Assembly (NCBI RefSeq): GCF_006345805.1
Contig: NC_043003.1
Coordinates: 55,676,001-55,740,000, forward strand
Length of the DNA: 64,000 nt
Origin: Octopus sinensis
Taxonomy: Eukaryota
Direction of reading: 5' to 3'
The position numbers were made by a program, and so were the translations under genes. A model generated the notes under the pieces. It was given only the letters and a program-made list of their open reading frames with translations, searched no databases and was not told where the DNA came from. Of the stretch, positions 41,010 through 55,178 are shown piece after piece (position 1 is the first letter of the stretch; each line of letters starts with the position of its first letter).

Positions 41010-44000
41010 TTTATGTCTGTATATAGGTTTTGTGGTTGTGAAATGTCTCGAAGTTGCTGATATAAATGTGTGATTGTACTTGTACATAGTGAATTAATAT
41101 AATTGTGACGAGTCACGTAATTTTACGTTGGAAATTAAAATCGCAGTTTAATAAATACAGATAGGATTAACAAAATAACAAACTGAAAATAGTATATTCG
41201 TCTCAATGCGACCAACAACAGAACAGCCAATACAATACCACAGCATGTTCGCAATTCAGTACATATGTATAGTTATAAACAGACTCACACTCGCATGTAC
41301 ACACACGCACGTATACATACCTGAATACATACATTAATATATTCATAATTATAGGTACATATATACTTGGGTGTATGCATATGGATGTACACATATTCAT
41401 ACTTACATATATACAGACTCAGCCACTTATACATACTTATACACTAGAGCGTACATCTGGTCCATACACACATATATTATTTTACAAAAAAAATTCCGCG
41501 TTTATGCCGAAGTAAAACAAACTATTTTTAAAACAACGGAACGTCTTTAATCTTACTGATCATGTTTGTCACCCTGGAAAGAAACTCTTCCTGCTATTCC
41601 TCTTAATGCTAATTCGTAAGAAAACAACAGCGCAGCAATAACCGCACTGCTTCCTATTCAAACCCCAACGACCACTGTGATTTACCTAAAACAAATAGAA
41701 AGTGTTACTCTTCAAAGGAGCGTTTGTAATATAATCGTTCTTCAGAAGCGGAACGATGTTCATAACTCTTTCACCTTTTATATATGGACAGAATTATTAG
41801 CATTACCCTTTCTAAACACTTGGTTACAAACAGTAGATATTAAAACTCATAACTTTTACTTTAGTAATATTATCAAATACTTAAAGCATACAGCAGAACG
41901 CATCTTTCAAATTTTCAAGGGACAGGCGGCGTACTTCAATATCTTTGATTTTTGAAAAATTCTGTGATATTGAACGCGTTGTTGGTAATCTTCAGAAAAG
42001 AAAGCAGCTTTTAAAATTCTATTCAAGCTAAGTAAGAGGTCTATAGAAGCCATGTAGTATTGCAAATCTTAAATGAATATAATTGTCATTGAATATTAGC
42101 TATATAGTAATCAAATTTGTTAAAGGAAAGTAAGAAAAAAAAGAGATGAAATAAATGTTTTTCATAAATGTAATCAATTTTGTATTTTTTTCTTAAAGAT
42201 ATATTTTTTTTCATGAAGATATTCAAGCGAAATTGTCTGCGATACGTAGGAAAGTAAAGTGTTTTTAAAATTTTTTTTTAAATGTGGCATATATTAGAAT
42301 CTTTATAACATATCAGAAATATTTGTCCCTTTAAATAAACAGTGGAATGCAGTGCTGTTAAGCACCAACAAGCAAGTATAGACCAGAGTACAAATACAGT
42401 TGGATCCCATTGGAGTACGAGAAAGTGTTGGAAAATTTTGCTCAACTGTAATTATCAAAGCAATTAATAGACAAAAACTTTATCTGTAAACATAATTACG
42501 GTAAGAAAAGTTAATCGAATTTTCGTTTGATACAGAAAATATGGATTCCAGTGGTTTTCGTCTTTAAAGCCAACTTGCAAAAGCAACCGGAATGTTTTCC
42601 TTTATTAAGCTACTCTTATTAGAGTGAACAATTTTTCATGACATCTATCACACTTGTCCCGTCAAAATTAACTCAATTTTTTTTAATACTGTCATGAGCA
42701 GGTATTTATTTTGATCACTGCCTTCGATATAAAGTCGACCATGATATATCTAATATCACAAACCTTAAGCAACTTGTAACCTTCAGTAAATTTCTGATAG
42801 TTTTCTCTCCATCACCTGCGTCAAGAACTCAATTACGGAACGTGGCTTCTGCATGAAACCAATTATGGCTCTGGGACTAAGAAATATTCAACGAAGAGGT
42901 ATTTTAAAAGAAATGTCATTCTCCCAACATTTATTTTAGTTGATGCAAAATTATATCACTTTTGCATTAGTTTCGGATCGAACAGTGTAAAAATCGAAGA
43001 TAGTTATATTGTTAAATTAAATTTCTTCATTCACAAAGATATATAGGAATAAATATTGCAACATTTTGTCGTGAGAAAATTACACTATATATATTTATAT
43101 GTGCGTGTGTGTATGTGTCCAGTGTTCCAGATAACCAATTTGTCTTTTTGTATAGAGAAAGTCAATTGTAGAGGATAGTTGATAATTGGAATTATCATCC
43201 CTTCTCATTTGCAATTGATATAAATTACATATGCCACCTAGCGAGTCACGTGCCCTTTCTCAAAGCTGAGATAAATTTCAATAAATAAAGTGTTTACTTT
43301 GCATATTATTTAAAATACCCATATTCCTTTAAATATATATATTCATATACATATACATATACACATACACACACACACAAGCACACGTGCGCGTACACAC
43401 ATACATGCTTAATTATATATATACATTTGCGCTCTCAGAACGAAAGGAAAGGTTCTCCACTCCAACTGAACTCACTTAAATCTTCTATCACCTCTTTATT
43501 GGAATAATAGTATTAAAATAAACTCTCTTTCAAACAGCCGGTTTTAAACTATAGAATAAACCAGGGGGGTCTTGATATCAAGGAGGTGTCATAATAGAAA
43601 ATGGAAATGGCAAGTATAAAACATCCGCAAAACCTAAGCCACTTCACCAAATATTTTCGTGTAATATTTAAAGGTTATCTGCATGAATCGCTTTCTATAT
43701 AATATTGTGATTCTACGAACGGCAATGGGTTACAAACACGATTCTACAGCTGATCCCCCAATTAGTGTTGCTAAAGAAATAAATAATAACATGGATCTGT
43801 GGTTGTATACAACTAAGACAACACGAAAAACATAAAAGAGTCACGACTGAAGGCAACGTTCCATTGTTGTATTATTAATCCGTGATGGTTAAAACGAACG
43901 AAACACATGCACACGCGCCCACACACACACAAACACACATACATATGCACTCACGCACATACATATGCATACCTAGTGTATAGCCTCACACATATAACTG

Positions 44001-44122
44001 CTATAACTGCATACATTCATACATACACACAGACACACACACACACATATGTATATATATACATACATATATATACACACATATATATATACACACACAA
44101 ATATATATATATATATCTATAT

Positions 44123-44173
<51 letters not shown>

Positions 44174-44687
44174 GCATACATTCAGCTAGATAAATAACTT
44201 GCTAAGTTCATACACACACATAGCTAAATACTCAGAAATACTTCAACGCGCGTGCGCATACACCCACAGATCTCTGCATACATACAAGTGTGTTTGTGAG
44301 TGTGTGTGACTGTTTGTGTGTGTGTGTGCACTCGCGTGTTGTAGTTACAAAACATATGCCTTCGAGTTTCATCCTTCAAATAACAGGTTCCTTTTCCTGT
44401 CTTGCTAATATTTTCTTAAAGGTTTCTCAACGAAAATACTTTTCGATGCCGTGCTTTCTGCTTAGAGTAAGAAGAAGAACCTATGAGCTTTTTCCTAAGA
44501 AATTATTGGTGGAATATATATATATATATTTGCGTTTATAATTTATACACAATTACGCAGGGTTTATTTCTGTTTATGGTCAATTTTGTAGGTGAACGTC
44601 GTTCATAACCAATGTTTTTCTTTCGTAGGTACTTCTGTAAAGTATAAATATATTGTGAAAAAACGATTTCCAATATAATTATGGTTT

Positions 44688-44988
44688 GGTACTTGTATCG
44701 CAGAGTGGACCCGGTTTGCGCACACGCGCACACGCGCGTCCGTGCTAGCCAGACGTAGGCAGTCGATCCTACAACTGACTGGCGCACGCACGATATATAC
44801 GATATATACTTGTATCGATATATACGTGTATACGATATATACTTGTATATATACGATATATACTTGTGTACACAAGTATATATCTTATATATCGTGCGTG
44901 CGCCAGTCAGCTTGTAGGATCGACTGCCTACGTCTGGCTAGCGCGGACGCGTGTGTGCAAACCGGGACCACTCTGCGATACAAGTACC
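44688..44988. mobile_element. Mutator (MULE)-type MITE
   Basis: ~110-bp TIRs beginning ggtacttgtatcgcagagtgg; perfect 9-bp TSD ttatggttt at 44679-44687 and 44989-44997. Confidence 0.85.
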
Positions 44989-45251
44989 TTATGGTTTTTG
45001 TTGTATGGCGTATTGCAATGGATGTGATCCTTGTTTACCTCGACGTTATTCTAGCGGAAGGTCACAGTGCTTATACGTCCGATATATTATTCGTAGACAT
45101 GTAGTATACATCATTCATGTTTCAAGTTGAATTCGTTTGCCACATTAATCATTGATAGTTTGGAGGTGAGCAGGATTGTAGACACTTATCAATAAGAAGA
45201 GTTTACCTGTGAATGCCAGTGATAAGATTACTTTGTAGAAAGTGATTTAGG

Positions 45252-45650
45252 CGCAAGAGTGGCTGTGTGGTAAGTAGGTTGCTTACCAACCACATGGTTC
45301 CGGGTTCATTCCCACTGCGTGGCACCTTGGGCGACAGTCTTCTACTACAGCCTCGTGCCGACCAAAGCCTTGTAAGTGGATTTGGTAGACGGAAACTGAA
45401 AAAATCCCATCCTATATATATATGTGTATGTGTGTGTATATGTTTGTGTGTCTGTGTTTGTCCCCCCAACATCGCCTGGCAACCGATGCTGGTGTGTTTA
45501 CGTCCACGTAACTTAGCGATTCAGCAAAAGAGCCCGATAGAATAAGTACTAGGCTTCCAAAGTATAAGTCCTGGGGTCGATTTGCTCGACTAAAGACTGT
45601 GCTCCAATATGGCCGTAGTCAAATAACTGAAAGAAGTAAAAGAGAGAAAG
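45252..45650 (+). mobile_element. Full-length SINE (family of 4781-5222)
   Basis: Direct similarity. Confidence 0.9.
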
Positions 45651-47054
45651 AGAGTATTTACCCCATATAAAAACATTGAATAAACAATATGGGGGTGATT
45701 TTCGTAGTATTTTTCTATTCATTCAAATATCAGACGTGTTATGTGAATGAAACAGTTGGCCATTCGCCCATATTTTCTATATAATTTCAAATTATGGAAG
45801 TTACACATACATTTCCTGTGCACGTCATGTTCTATGAAAAGACGAAATCTTGGTGAACATGCCGTAAATGAAACTGGGGTAGTAAAAATAGCCATCCATA
45901 TAATTGACCTAATGCATATACACCGTTAATCGACCCGTTAACTCAGTACTCATCCCGAGAAAACATTTCTTATGGACATTTTGGGGGAAATACATAATAG
46001 ATATCTAAGTAACACGAACGATTGCACCAGCAGCAACTAGCTGCAAGACAAGTACTTTTGCCCCTGGGAGTACCTCAATGCAAGATATTATCTCAAGTAG
46101 ACTACCACGGTAACTGGCCTGTGAACTGTTTATACAGCCTTAAACTGTATATACATTAGCTATGATACATAGATGGCCACGTTGAACAACTAAGAGATAT
46201 ATTCAAACGATATTGTTTTGTAGGAATAATTTTTAATCTAAAGATATTTTTACAAAGAGTAAAAAAATCTCGAAGAATTTGTTTACGATTTACCTGAAAA
46301 AATTGTTAGGATACATTCACATGTGCTTACATACATTTGTACTTATCTAAATACATTCATGCATGTATATGAGTATGTGTGTGTATGTAAAAAATATTTG
46401 CATATCATAGACACACACTCGTACGCACATTTATTTATTTATATATACATACACATATATACATATGCACATGTGTGTATGTATCTTCCTCTGTGTGTAT
46501 GTGTTTGTGTGTCCGTGTGTGTGCGTCTGTGCGTGTGAGTGGGAGTGTGTGTGTGTGCAATACAATAAAAATACAACTCCAAAATACCTGACGTTAAAGT
46601 TTAACAAACATGAAAAAAGTGTAAACAAGTGAAAAAGTGCAAGGCGGTGCACCAGCATGGCCGCAGTCAAATGACTGAAACAAGTAAAAGAATGAAAGAA
46701 TAAATTACAATATAGTAGTGTAGATAAACACTTTTACAAATGTCCCTTAAGAAACAGCACATAACGCATTACATCAAAGCAAACAATTAATATACAAAAA
46801 AAAAAGGAATAAAACTACAAAAATAATAATAATAAAACATAGTTTTATGAATGACAAACTCGAGAAACTGAGAACACACTACTGATAATCAATGCCATTA
46901 TTACTACCCTGACTGTGAATGGGAAAATATAAACGCCTGGGCTCACACTGGTATACGTTTGTGACTGTGCTTTTTTCCCGGTGACGGGAGAAAGTAATTG
47001 TTTGCGGAAAGCCATTCTTGCAGTCGTGAACTGTTGAAATATTGAACTTATTAA

Positions 47055-47650
47055 AGCCGTTGTAGGATTTATTGACGTGCTAAACCCACCCACCCTAACG
47101 GCGGTGGGATTTGAACTGTTATCCTCATTAAGAGGAAAGAAATATTATAGGTTTCCCGGTTTTGGGGATAATCAATTTATTACTACGTGAAAAAATATAT
47201 TTTAGCTGTTGTAGGCTCTATTTTGGCACCCGCCCCTAGCGTGTGTGAGATTTGAACTGTTGTCCTCGTTGTGAGGGAAAAAAAATATTATAGGTTTCCC
47301 GTTTTTGAGATACTGTATTTTTATTACTGTGTGAACAATTTAATTTCGAACGTTGTAGGCTTTGTTGTTACATCTCGCCCCCTCCCACTCAAGCGGGGTG
47401 AGATTTGAACTGTTGTCCTCTTTGTGTGAAAAAAATATTATAGGTTTCCCGTTTTTTGGTATTCTGTATTTTTATTATTGTGTGGAAAAAAAAAAATTTT
47501 TGAAGGTTGTAGGCTTTGTTGTTACGTCTAGACCCCTCCCCCCATCGGGGGTGGGATTTGAACTTTTGTCCTCGTTGAGAGATAAAAAAAGTAAAACATT
47601 ATAGGATTCCCATTTTCTGGGATTAAATTGTGTAAAAATTTATTTCGAAC
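47055..47650. repeat. Four diverged tandem units of ~141-153 bp
   Basis: Anchor gtg(g/a)gatttgaact at 47104, 47245, 47398 and 47551, each followed by attataggtttccc. Confidence 0.85.
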
Positions 47651-48139
47651 AAATATGTCGGTCGAAATAATTGAAGAAATAAACCAGCTGCATGAGTTTA
47701 CAAAACGTACTGTCCTTCATCGAAAATATTCAAGCACTTCGAAAACTGCGAGGATCTTTTCGGTTTCAACGACAGTTTTTTCTAGCGGTGTCATATGAAA
47801 TTGTCACCCATAATTATGACCCTGGAATCGATTTATTGCATTTCAATCTCTTTTAGGTTTAGGGTTAAGGTTAGGGTTGGGGGAAGGGTATCTTTTTTTC
47901 TTCACAAATGTAAATAAACCTAATCTGTTTCTTAAACGAGGGACATATTCATACGGCACAGAACGCTTTTTAACTCAATAGACGTCACTGATTGGTTGAA
48001 ATTGCAGAAACCGAAGACAAAAAACAACAAATATCTTACAAACTATGGAATTTTCTCAATAAAGCCAAGAGAAAAAGATGTTTTATAAACACATTCTACC
48101 AGTATACGAAGTTTAAAATTTTTCAGTTACCTAGAAATT

Positions 48140-50612
48140 ATGTTATAAAATACATAGCGAGGGACCGGGCAATTGGAATAATAGAGGCCAGATTTGAGAC
48201 AGCCGAAAAAGCCCAAGAGCACTTAGTGAGTCCCCTGAAAACGAAGGAGGTTGTGCTGCTCCCAACATACATGGGAAGGAGAACAATACACATCAAAATA
48301 TATGAAGTACAACCAGAGATTGAGGCAAGGGAGGTGATGGCCGCCCTGTTGTATAACAGGACGGACAAAATCACCTTCGTCCAAATTACATACAAACTGC
48401 CCAACAAAATTGGCAAGGGCAGAGTATCTCTGCGATTATTCAGGGAACATAAGAAGATATTGAAATGCTGCCAGAAAGAGTGCTCTTGGGGGAAGACATT
48501 GCCCTCGGGGTTCAAGTAGAGGGCAAAACGCCCGTGTGTTTCGAATGTGGAAAAAAGGCCACATTCGCGTAGAATGCGAAAAATGGTAAAAAAAAGAATA
48601 AGTGCGCAGACATCTGGCCTTTCAACTACAGAAAAAGATCCCAAACCCGCTCACAAATAAGCCCCCACAGAAACAAATACTCACACCCCCATCTGTGGCG
48701 CTCGCTCCCAAACAAAACACCCCAAAACACCAGGACATGCACATACCGTCCCGACAAAAACAAGTGCAGCCACCCCATCTGAAGTAACAACTCCTCTGGA
48801 AGACACCATGGAGGTGACCGAGGGGGAGTTCAAGACCCAGAAAAAAGAGAACACTTACACCTTCCCCATCTATATCCCTCACAAAAAAAGAAGAAAATCA
48901 ACACACCATAGAAAAAAAACAACCCGCTCAACTGTCCCAGAAGAAAAAAAAGAAAAACAGACGGAAGAAAAACCTTGGTAAAATTTGATACCAGTTATAA
49001 ATGTATCATGGACGCATTAAAGAACCACCACACCGTGGAACTGTTGCAGCAGCCCGAAGGCACGGAAGAGAGATGTGCTTGGATATCTGAAAAAACTGTA
49101 TAATGAAATGAAGGGTAGGCATCCGAGAACCATCACGAGCATCCCGGACCTTCCGTGATATTTGAAGGAGTAGGAGGAAAGGACTGCCCCACGTGCGGTG
49201 AGGTCAGCCCCAGCATCACCAATACAAGAAAAAGTCAAAGAGTAGGTAGAACCCTTGCTTTCCTTTTGTTTTGAATGACTGCACTTAACCTTGTGTGTTT
49301 GAATGTGCTTGGTCTGAGCTCGAAGTGGAAGCGAGCTTGTTTCCTCGACGACCTCAGATCACACGATATGCATGTGGTCGTTGCTACAGAGACCAAGCTG
49401 GACAGTCTACAAGCCTTCTCGCCCCTCCTGAATGACTGTGAGAAAATCATGTCTACTAGCCGGACCGGAGGCGTGGGGGTGTAGTAGTACTGGTTCGAAA
49501 AGGCTTGGCTCTGCAGACAAGTACAGTCTATGTAGACCCAGAAGGTGGGCTGGTCGTCATTGATGTGAAATACAGCAGTAAGGCATTCGCGTTGATCGGG
49601 ATCTATGCACCTTGTGCTAGAGGATTTCAAACTGATTTTTATCGGCGCCTAGAGAACTTACTCGTGACGTCGAAGACATTAGTGGTGTTAGGTGACTATA
49701 ACGCTACCGTTCACGCACGCATCGATAGCGTTGGCTCGATCTATAGGAAAGTAAAGTCACGTCTCGTAGCCCTGCTCAAGCGTTTTCAGCGGGGAGATCT
49801 TTAGAAACTTGACCATCCAAACGTCCCACATGGACCTGGATGAGTGGCGACGGAAGTCCTATTTAGATAGGATAGTGATAACAACAGGAGATAAGTCTAG
49901 TTTTAGCTGTTCACAGCTTGTCCAAGTAGCTTACACTGACCATAGAATGGTTAAGTGTAGACTGGACATAGATCGTACAGTTAAGAAAGGATCCGGCTAC
50001 TGGAAGCTGAACAAGTCTATTTTGACTTCCGAGGCATACCGTAGACGGATTGATGAATTAGTACAGAGGGCGTTAACCAGCGCGATGGTTAAATACCGAT
50101 GGTGGTTCGCCCTCAAGAGAGTCATTCGTTTGAGTCTATTTGGTTTAGCCGTCAGCTAAAACTAGACAGGGCCATAATAGAAGGTCAACTAGTTAAGGAC
50201 CAAGAAGAGACGTTGAGGTTGGGCTCTGAATCTCACAATTTGGCAGTGAGAACGGCCTTCGACCGTCACCTCAAAGCCAAACATGAGGGGTGCAGAGTTC
50301 GGGCTAAAGTACGCGCATTGGTGCGTGAGGGAATTAATGTTGCCGGATGGGCCCGTATGGTAGAACCCAGCGTGGCAATGATGCCACAGTTAGGTCTCTC
50401 GTGGATGACAATGGGTGTTCGGTCGATGGACGGGACGAGAGGTGTGAGGCGATTCACAAGCACTTTGCCGAGTTGTTTGGGAGTGGCGATGCGCCTGTGT
50501 GGCGAGGCTCTTAAGGACTTCCTGTCTGGCAGTCTGCGTTTCTCGGCACGAGAGGCTGGGTGCTGTGAAAGGTCAATCACGGCCGAAGGGGTAATCGAGG
50601 TACTGGGCGGAA
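48140..50612 (+). mobile_element. Tx1 retrotransposon internal fragment (ORF1 plus APE endonuclease; RT absent)
   Basis: ORF1 LLPTYMGRRT and zinc knuckle CFECGKKGHIRVEC (48537-48578); ORF2 from 49275 with LNVLGL, ATETK, IGIYAP, LGDYN, SYLDRI, TDH and GSGYWKLNKSIL; multiple frameshifts. Confidence 0.9.
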
Positions 50613-50945
50613 AGAATAGTTTCACCATTCCATTTCTTTTCACATTAGCAACATTTTCAGCGTAAAAATAATACTTCGTTGGGCGCATAAAATCGTAACT
50701 CCATGCATATATAATATTTTTAGTCAGAAATATTGTTGCAAACTGTCGTATGTGGGACTTACTGCACTTTTGAAAAATGCTAAACAGTTGTACAACAGTT
50801 TGACAATTTTCATTTGTAACAGATGCAGATACGATAGTTTGAATAAAAAAATCGGTTATCAGAAGCAAAAGTTAATATTGAAGAAAAAATCGCATTTGGC
50901 CAAATTCGGACATACGACAATCTAATATAGCAACGGTATATATTA

Positions 50946-51180
50946 GGCGGCGAGCTGGCAGAAACGTTAGCAAGCCCGGCGAAATGCTTAGCGGTATTTC
51001 GTCTGCCGTTACGTTCTGAGTTCAAATTCCGCCGAGGTCGACTTTGCCTTTCATCCTTTCGGGGTCGATAAATTAAGTACCAGTTACGCACTGGGGTCGA
51101 TATAATCGACTTAATCCCTTTGTCTGTCCTTGTTTGTACTCTCTGTGTTTAGCCCCTTGTGGGTAGTAAAGAAATAGGTA
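50946..51180 (+). mobile_element. Young OK-like tRNA-derived SINE with a Tx1-like tail
   Basis: B box gagttcaaattcc at 51018-51030; tail 51131-51175 aligns with the Tx1 3' ends at 28437 and 29578. Confidence 0.85.
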
Positions 51181-53129
51181 TATATTAGTGCGTTCAGGGA
51201 TGTAAATGTACAAAGACGCTTTTGTGTAGTACAACAGCATATTATACAATAATTCTGTAGACCTCACATATACACAAGTTTCTCTTTCTACCTATAGCTA
51301 TTTGTCCATTAAACTGTAAAGCACACACATGCACACACAAATATGTGAATCAAAAAGTGTTTTCAATGTTATGTGCGAATGAATTTGCCATTTTGTCATA
51401 CGAATAAAATCCACAAGTTAACAAATCGTGTATGTAGTAGAGTAGTAGTTGTGGTGGCAACAGAAGCGGCAGTAGTCGCAGCAGCAGTAGTCATAGTAGT
51501 AGTATTGGTGGCTGTGGTAGCAGTATGTATTTGGTAAGGTTTTTACAATTCTTGTATGAACAGAGAAGACGACAAATGTGAATCGCATTTTTCCAGGTAT
51601 TTTGGTTTTTGTGTCATATATATGAAATTGTGCGTGTGGATGTGTACTTACATATGCATACACACACACACATATATATATATACGTATATATATTTGTG
51701 TGTGTGTGTGTGTGCGTGCGCGCGCGTGTGTGTGTGTATGCGTACATATATACGCATGCATTTACAAACAGCGGTGTGTATAAACAACTCTAACTTAATG
51801 TGTGTGTGTGTGTGTTTTTGTGTGTTAACAGTAACAACGACATCAGAAATTGTCATTCATAATATGTTTCGTTGAAACTCCTCAACAAACAAAAAAAAAA
51901 CAAGAGAAAGATGGAAAACAAATGCAAGCAATATCAACACGAAACACCTAACGCAAGTCAACCACAAACGCACATGCTTCTCCACTCTTATATATTCTTT
52001 CTGTATTTTCGTTTTCTCTTATTTATTTATTTTTTTTTGTCATATATCTTCAGTATAGAAAAATTCACTTCACTGTATGCTACAGCCATTTTTTTTTTTT
52101 TTAACGAAACGCTTTGTCCTCTACCTCCCTCTGCCTTTGTACCCCACCAAGCCTGAAGTTCTCGCCATCTCCATCTTTGCGAAGTCGCTATTTTACAAAT
52201 AACAAAAAAAAAAAAAAAAATTCAAAACGACAAAAAAAATCTATGATTGGAAAGTAAAACTCAAATAATATTATTTTCCTGCTGCATTTTCCGTTTCTTT
52301 TCGTATTGTCTTTTTTTATTTCAGAAAATTTGAGTGCAAAAAGAAATTATCAAAATAATCCGGTTTACCGGTGTAATATTATTTTATAATCTGTTTTTGG
52401 AAAGAATGGCTTTCATCCTCATCTTCCCTCAAACAATCTTCCGTTTTTTTTTTTCTTATTTGGTATCTATTTCTCTTACGATATGTATATGTTTATGTGT
52501 GTGTTTATGTGCGTGTGTGTGTTATGTGCGTGTGTGTGCTTGAATGAGTGTGTACATGTATATATACATACATATATATGTGTATGTGTCTGTGTATGTA
52601 CATGCATGTAAGTATAAATATAGCTAGACACGTATGTACACACACATACATAGCTACACACAAAAATATAGCTACACACGTATATACACACACATACATG
52701 CATATTTGTATATATATGCATATGTCTACCTGTATCTCTCCAACTCCGTGTCTCATACCATGTGATTCCTTCAGCTCACTCTATTTCTCCTCACTTTATT
52801 ATTTTGCTCGGCTTTTCTTCCTCTGGTCTCAATATTTCTTTCTAAGCCTATTCACAGCGTATCACTTGCTCGCTTTCACTCTGTCCCTAAGTTACTTTCT
52901 CGCTCTACTCCGCAGTCAAACCTTCCTATGATCTATTTCTCATTGTATGAAACGAATTATGATGACGGTGAGAATGATGATGAAAATAATATATGTATAT
53001 TTTCAAAATTCAAATAGAAAGCCGGCTTGGAAATCTAGATGACGGGTATAGTTGATTAAATCGGTTCCGGTGTTAGAGTGGATAAATAGGAAATTTGGCT
53101 ACTGCGGGATTCAAAATGAGAACGTAAAT

Positions 53130-53700
53130 CTTCAATACTACACTCTATCTTTCCGAGAACATTTGAGAGCACCTTGGCTACGTGTGGTCTTTGATAACGC
53201 ACCGTCTTATTTATTGACAAAAGAGGCAAAATCCTTAAGTACCAGGCATAGCCAGATCACCAGTGAGGTTGCGTTTACATTAACCCTCGTCAGTGTCTTT
53301 CAACGGCGCCGTGGGTTAAACTCAACTCATCTTGTCTGCTAATAGGATCACTGTAGAAATCATACGCTGATGTCATAAATGGTACACGTATAAATTATGA
53401 ATAATAAGGGTAACACCTTAGTAATTTTTCAACCGAAAAGCAAAAGTATATACATCACTAAAGCGACTAAGGGCGCTATTCAGCACCAGAATACTAAACC
53501 TAAACGTGAAAACAACTCATAGCCACTGTAATGCACCGTCTTATTTACTGACAAGGGAGGCAAGTTCCTTAAGCTCTGAGCAAAGTCAGATAACCAGTGA
53601 GTAAATAAGAACGTGCGTTATTGTGGCCATGAGTTGTTTGACTCTTGTTTCTAGCAATACTGGCGCTGAATAGCAGGGCTCAGTCGCATTGCTGACGTAT
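53130..53700. mobile_element. Cluster of an unclassified hammerhead-bearing repeat (two same-orientation pieces plus an inverted piece)
   Basis: Pieces ~53130-53420 and 53455-53600 are inverted relative to 54910-55180; 53600-53700 folds back on 53455-53550. Confidence 0.65.
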
Positions 53701-54909
53701 ATAGTTTTACCTTTCAGATGAAAAATTGCTAACAATTTATATAATAAAACATACTTTGTGTGTGTGTGCGCGCGCGTACGCGTTGTGTGTGTGTGTGTGT
53801 GTGTGTGAGCGTGTGGAATGAAACTTCGAAGATATACCGTCAATATCATTATTATTATTATTGTTATTATTATTATGATTATTATTATTATTATTATTAT
53901 TTAGTAAATCTTTTAAAGTGAAGTACGGTTCTCTATGTTTTGTTTAGCTCAGAGTTGCCTCTGATGGAGTCGACCATCGCATAGCTTCCTTTTCTTCCTG
54001 AAATACTGTAAATCGGTGTCTTTCTTTTGATGTGTGTGTTTTAAGAGAGATTTGCCTGCTATTTGTAGTAGTTCAAGTTACCACACAGACACCTGTGTGT
54101 GTGTGTGTGTGTATGTGTGTGTGTGTGTCTGTCTGTGAGTGTGTGTGTGTGTGTATGTTTTATGGTGGTGAAACAAGTATTTATCCTCAGAATATTTTGC
54201 ATATTAATTTTCAAAGAAAACAAATATGCAAAATGTTGTAAGCCAAGACACTGAGATGTACATAAAGTGTCATCGTATACAGCAGTCGTCCAATACAAAG
54301 TTTTGAACTAATTATCTTCTGGTTAGTAACCCATTACTTTAAATTTGAAAACATTACGTCTTTAAACATTATTTTACTGGGCTTCACATCTCGACTGTCG
54401 ACATGATGGGTTATCAGCTTCCAAAAGGTACTTAATTATACTGACCTCACTACATATTTCAATCTGGCATTTATTTTATAGACCTATATTTGATGACCAG
54501 CTAACTTTGAGGCATAGTGGGATACAATACTCGTTTTAACTGCAAATGTACACACACATACACACACACACATACACACACACACACACACACTCACATA
54601 CACATTATACGCAAGAATGTCTATGTGATCGAGGAGATTGCTTCCTCACCCCATGACTCCATGTTCAGTCCCTTTGCATGGTACCTCGGGAAAGTTTTTC
54701 CTACTATAGCCCTTGGCCAACCACACACACTTATGACTGCATTTGGTAGACGGGAACTGCAGCGTTGTTCATCAGAAAATAACCGAAAAACATGTTTATG
54801 AAGAAAAGTTGTTTGCTTCGTACACCACGGGTACCAATTCAGTTTACAAGAAAGGAACAAATAATACAATGTGTCTATAGGCCATAACCACAGGGCAACG
54901 CCGGGGCGC

Positions 54910-55178
54910 ATTGCTAGTTATTCATAATTTACACGTTTACCCTTTATGAAATCAGCATATTATTTTTACGGTGGTCATATAAGCTGATAAGCAATAGGAG
55001 TTTAACTCAAGGCGCCGACGCGAGACACTGACGAGCGTTAGTGTAAACGCGAAATCACTTCTTATCTGGCTATGCCCGGTACTGAAGGATATTGTCTCCT
55101 TTGTCAGTAAATAAGATGGTGGGTTATTGTGGCTATGAGCGGATTTGACCCCTATTTCTAGCACCCGCAGTGACTTTA

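Noticed and set aside
42343-42500. Exon-like segment with strong CG|GTAAGA donor
   Set aside because: All three frames contain stops from either candidate acceptor; at most non-coding.
47865-47882. TTAGGG-like motif as an interstitial telomere
   Set aside because: Only two or three imperfect units embedded in an interspersed repeat.
47992-48519. 175-aa ORF as a host gene
   Set aside because: Chimeric: the first ~50 codons come from an unrelated repeat and the rest is decayed Tx1 ORF1.
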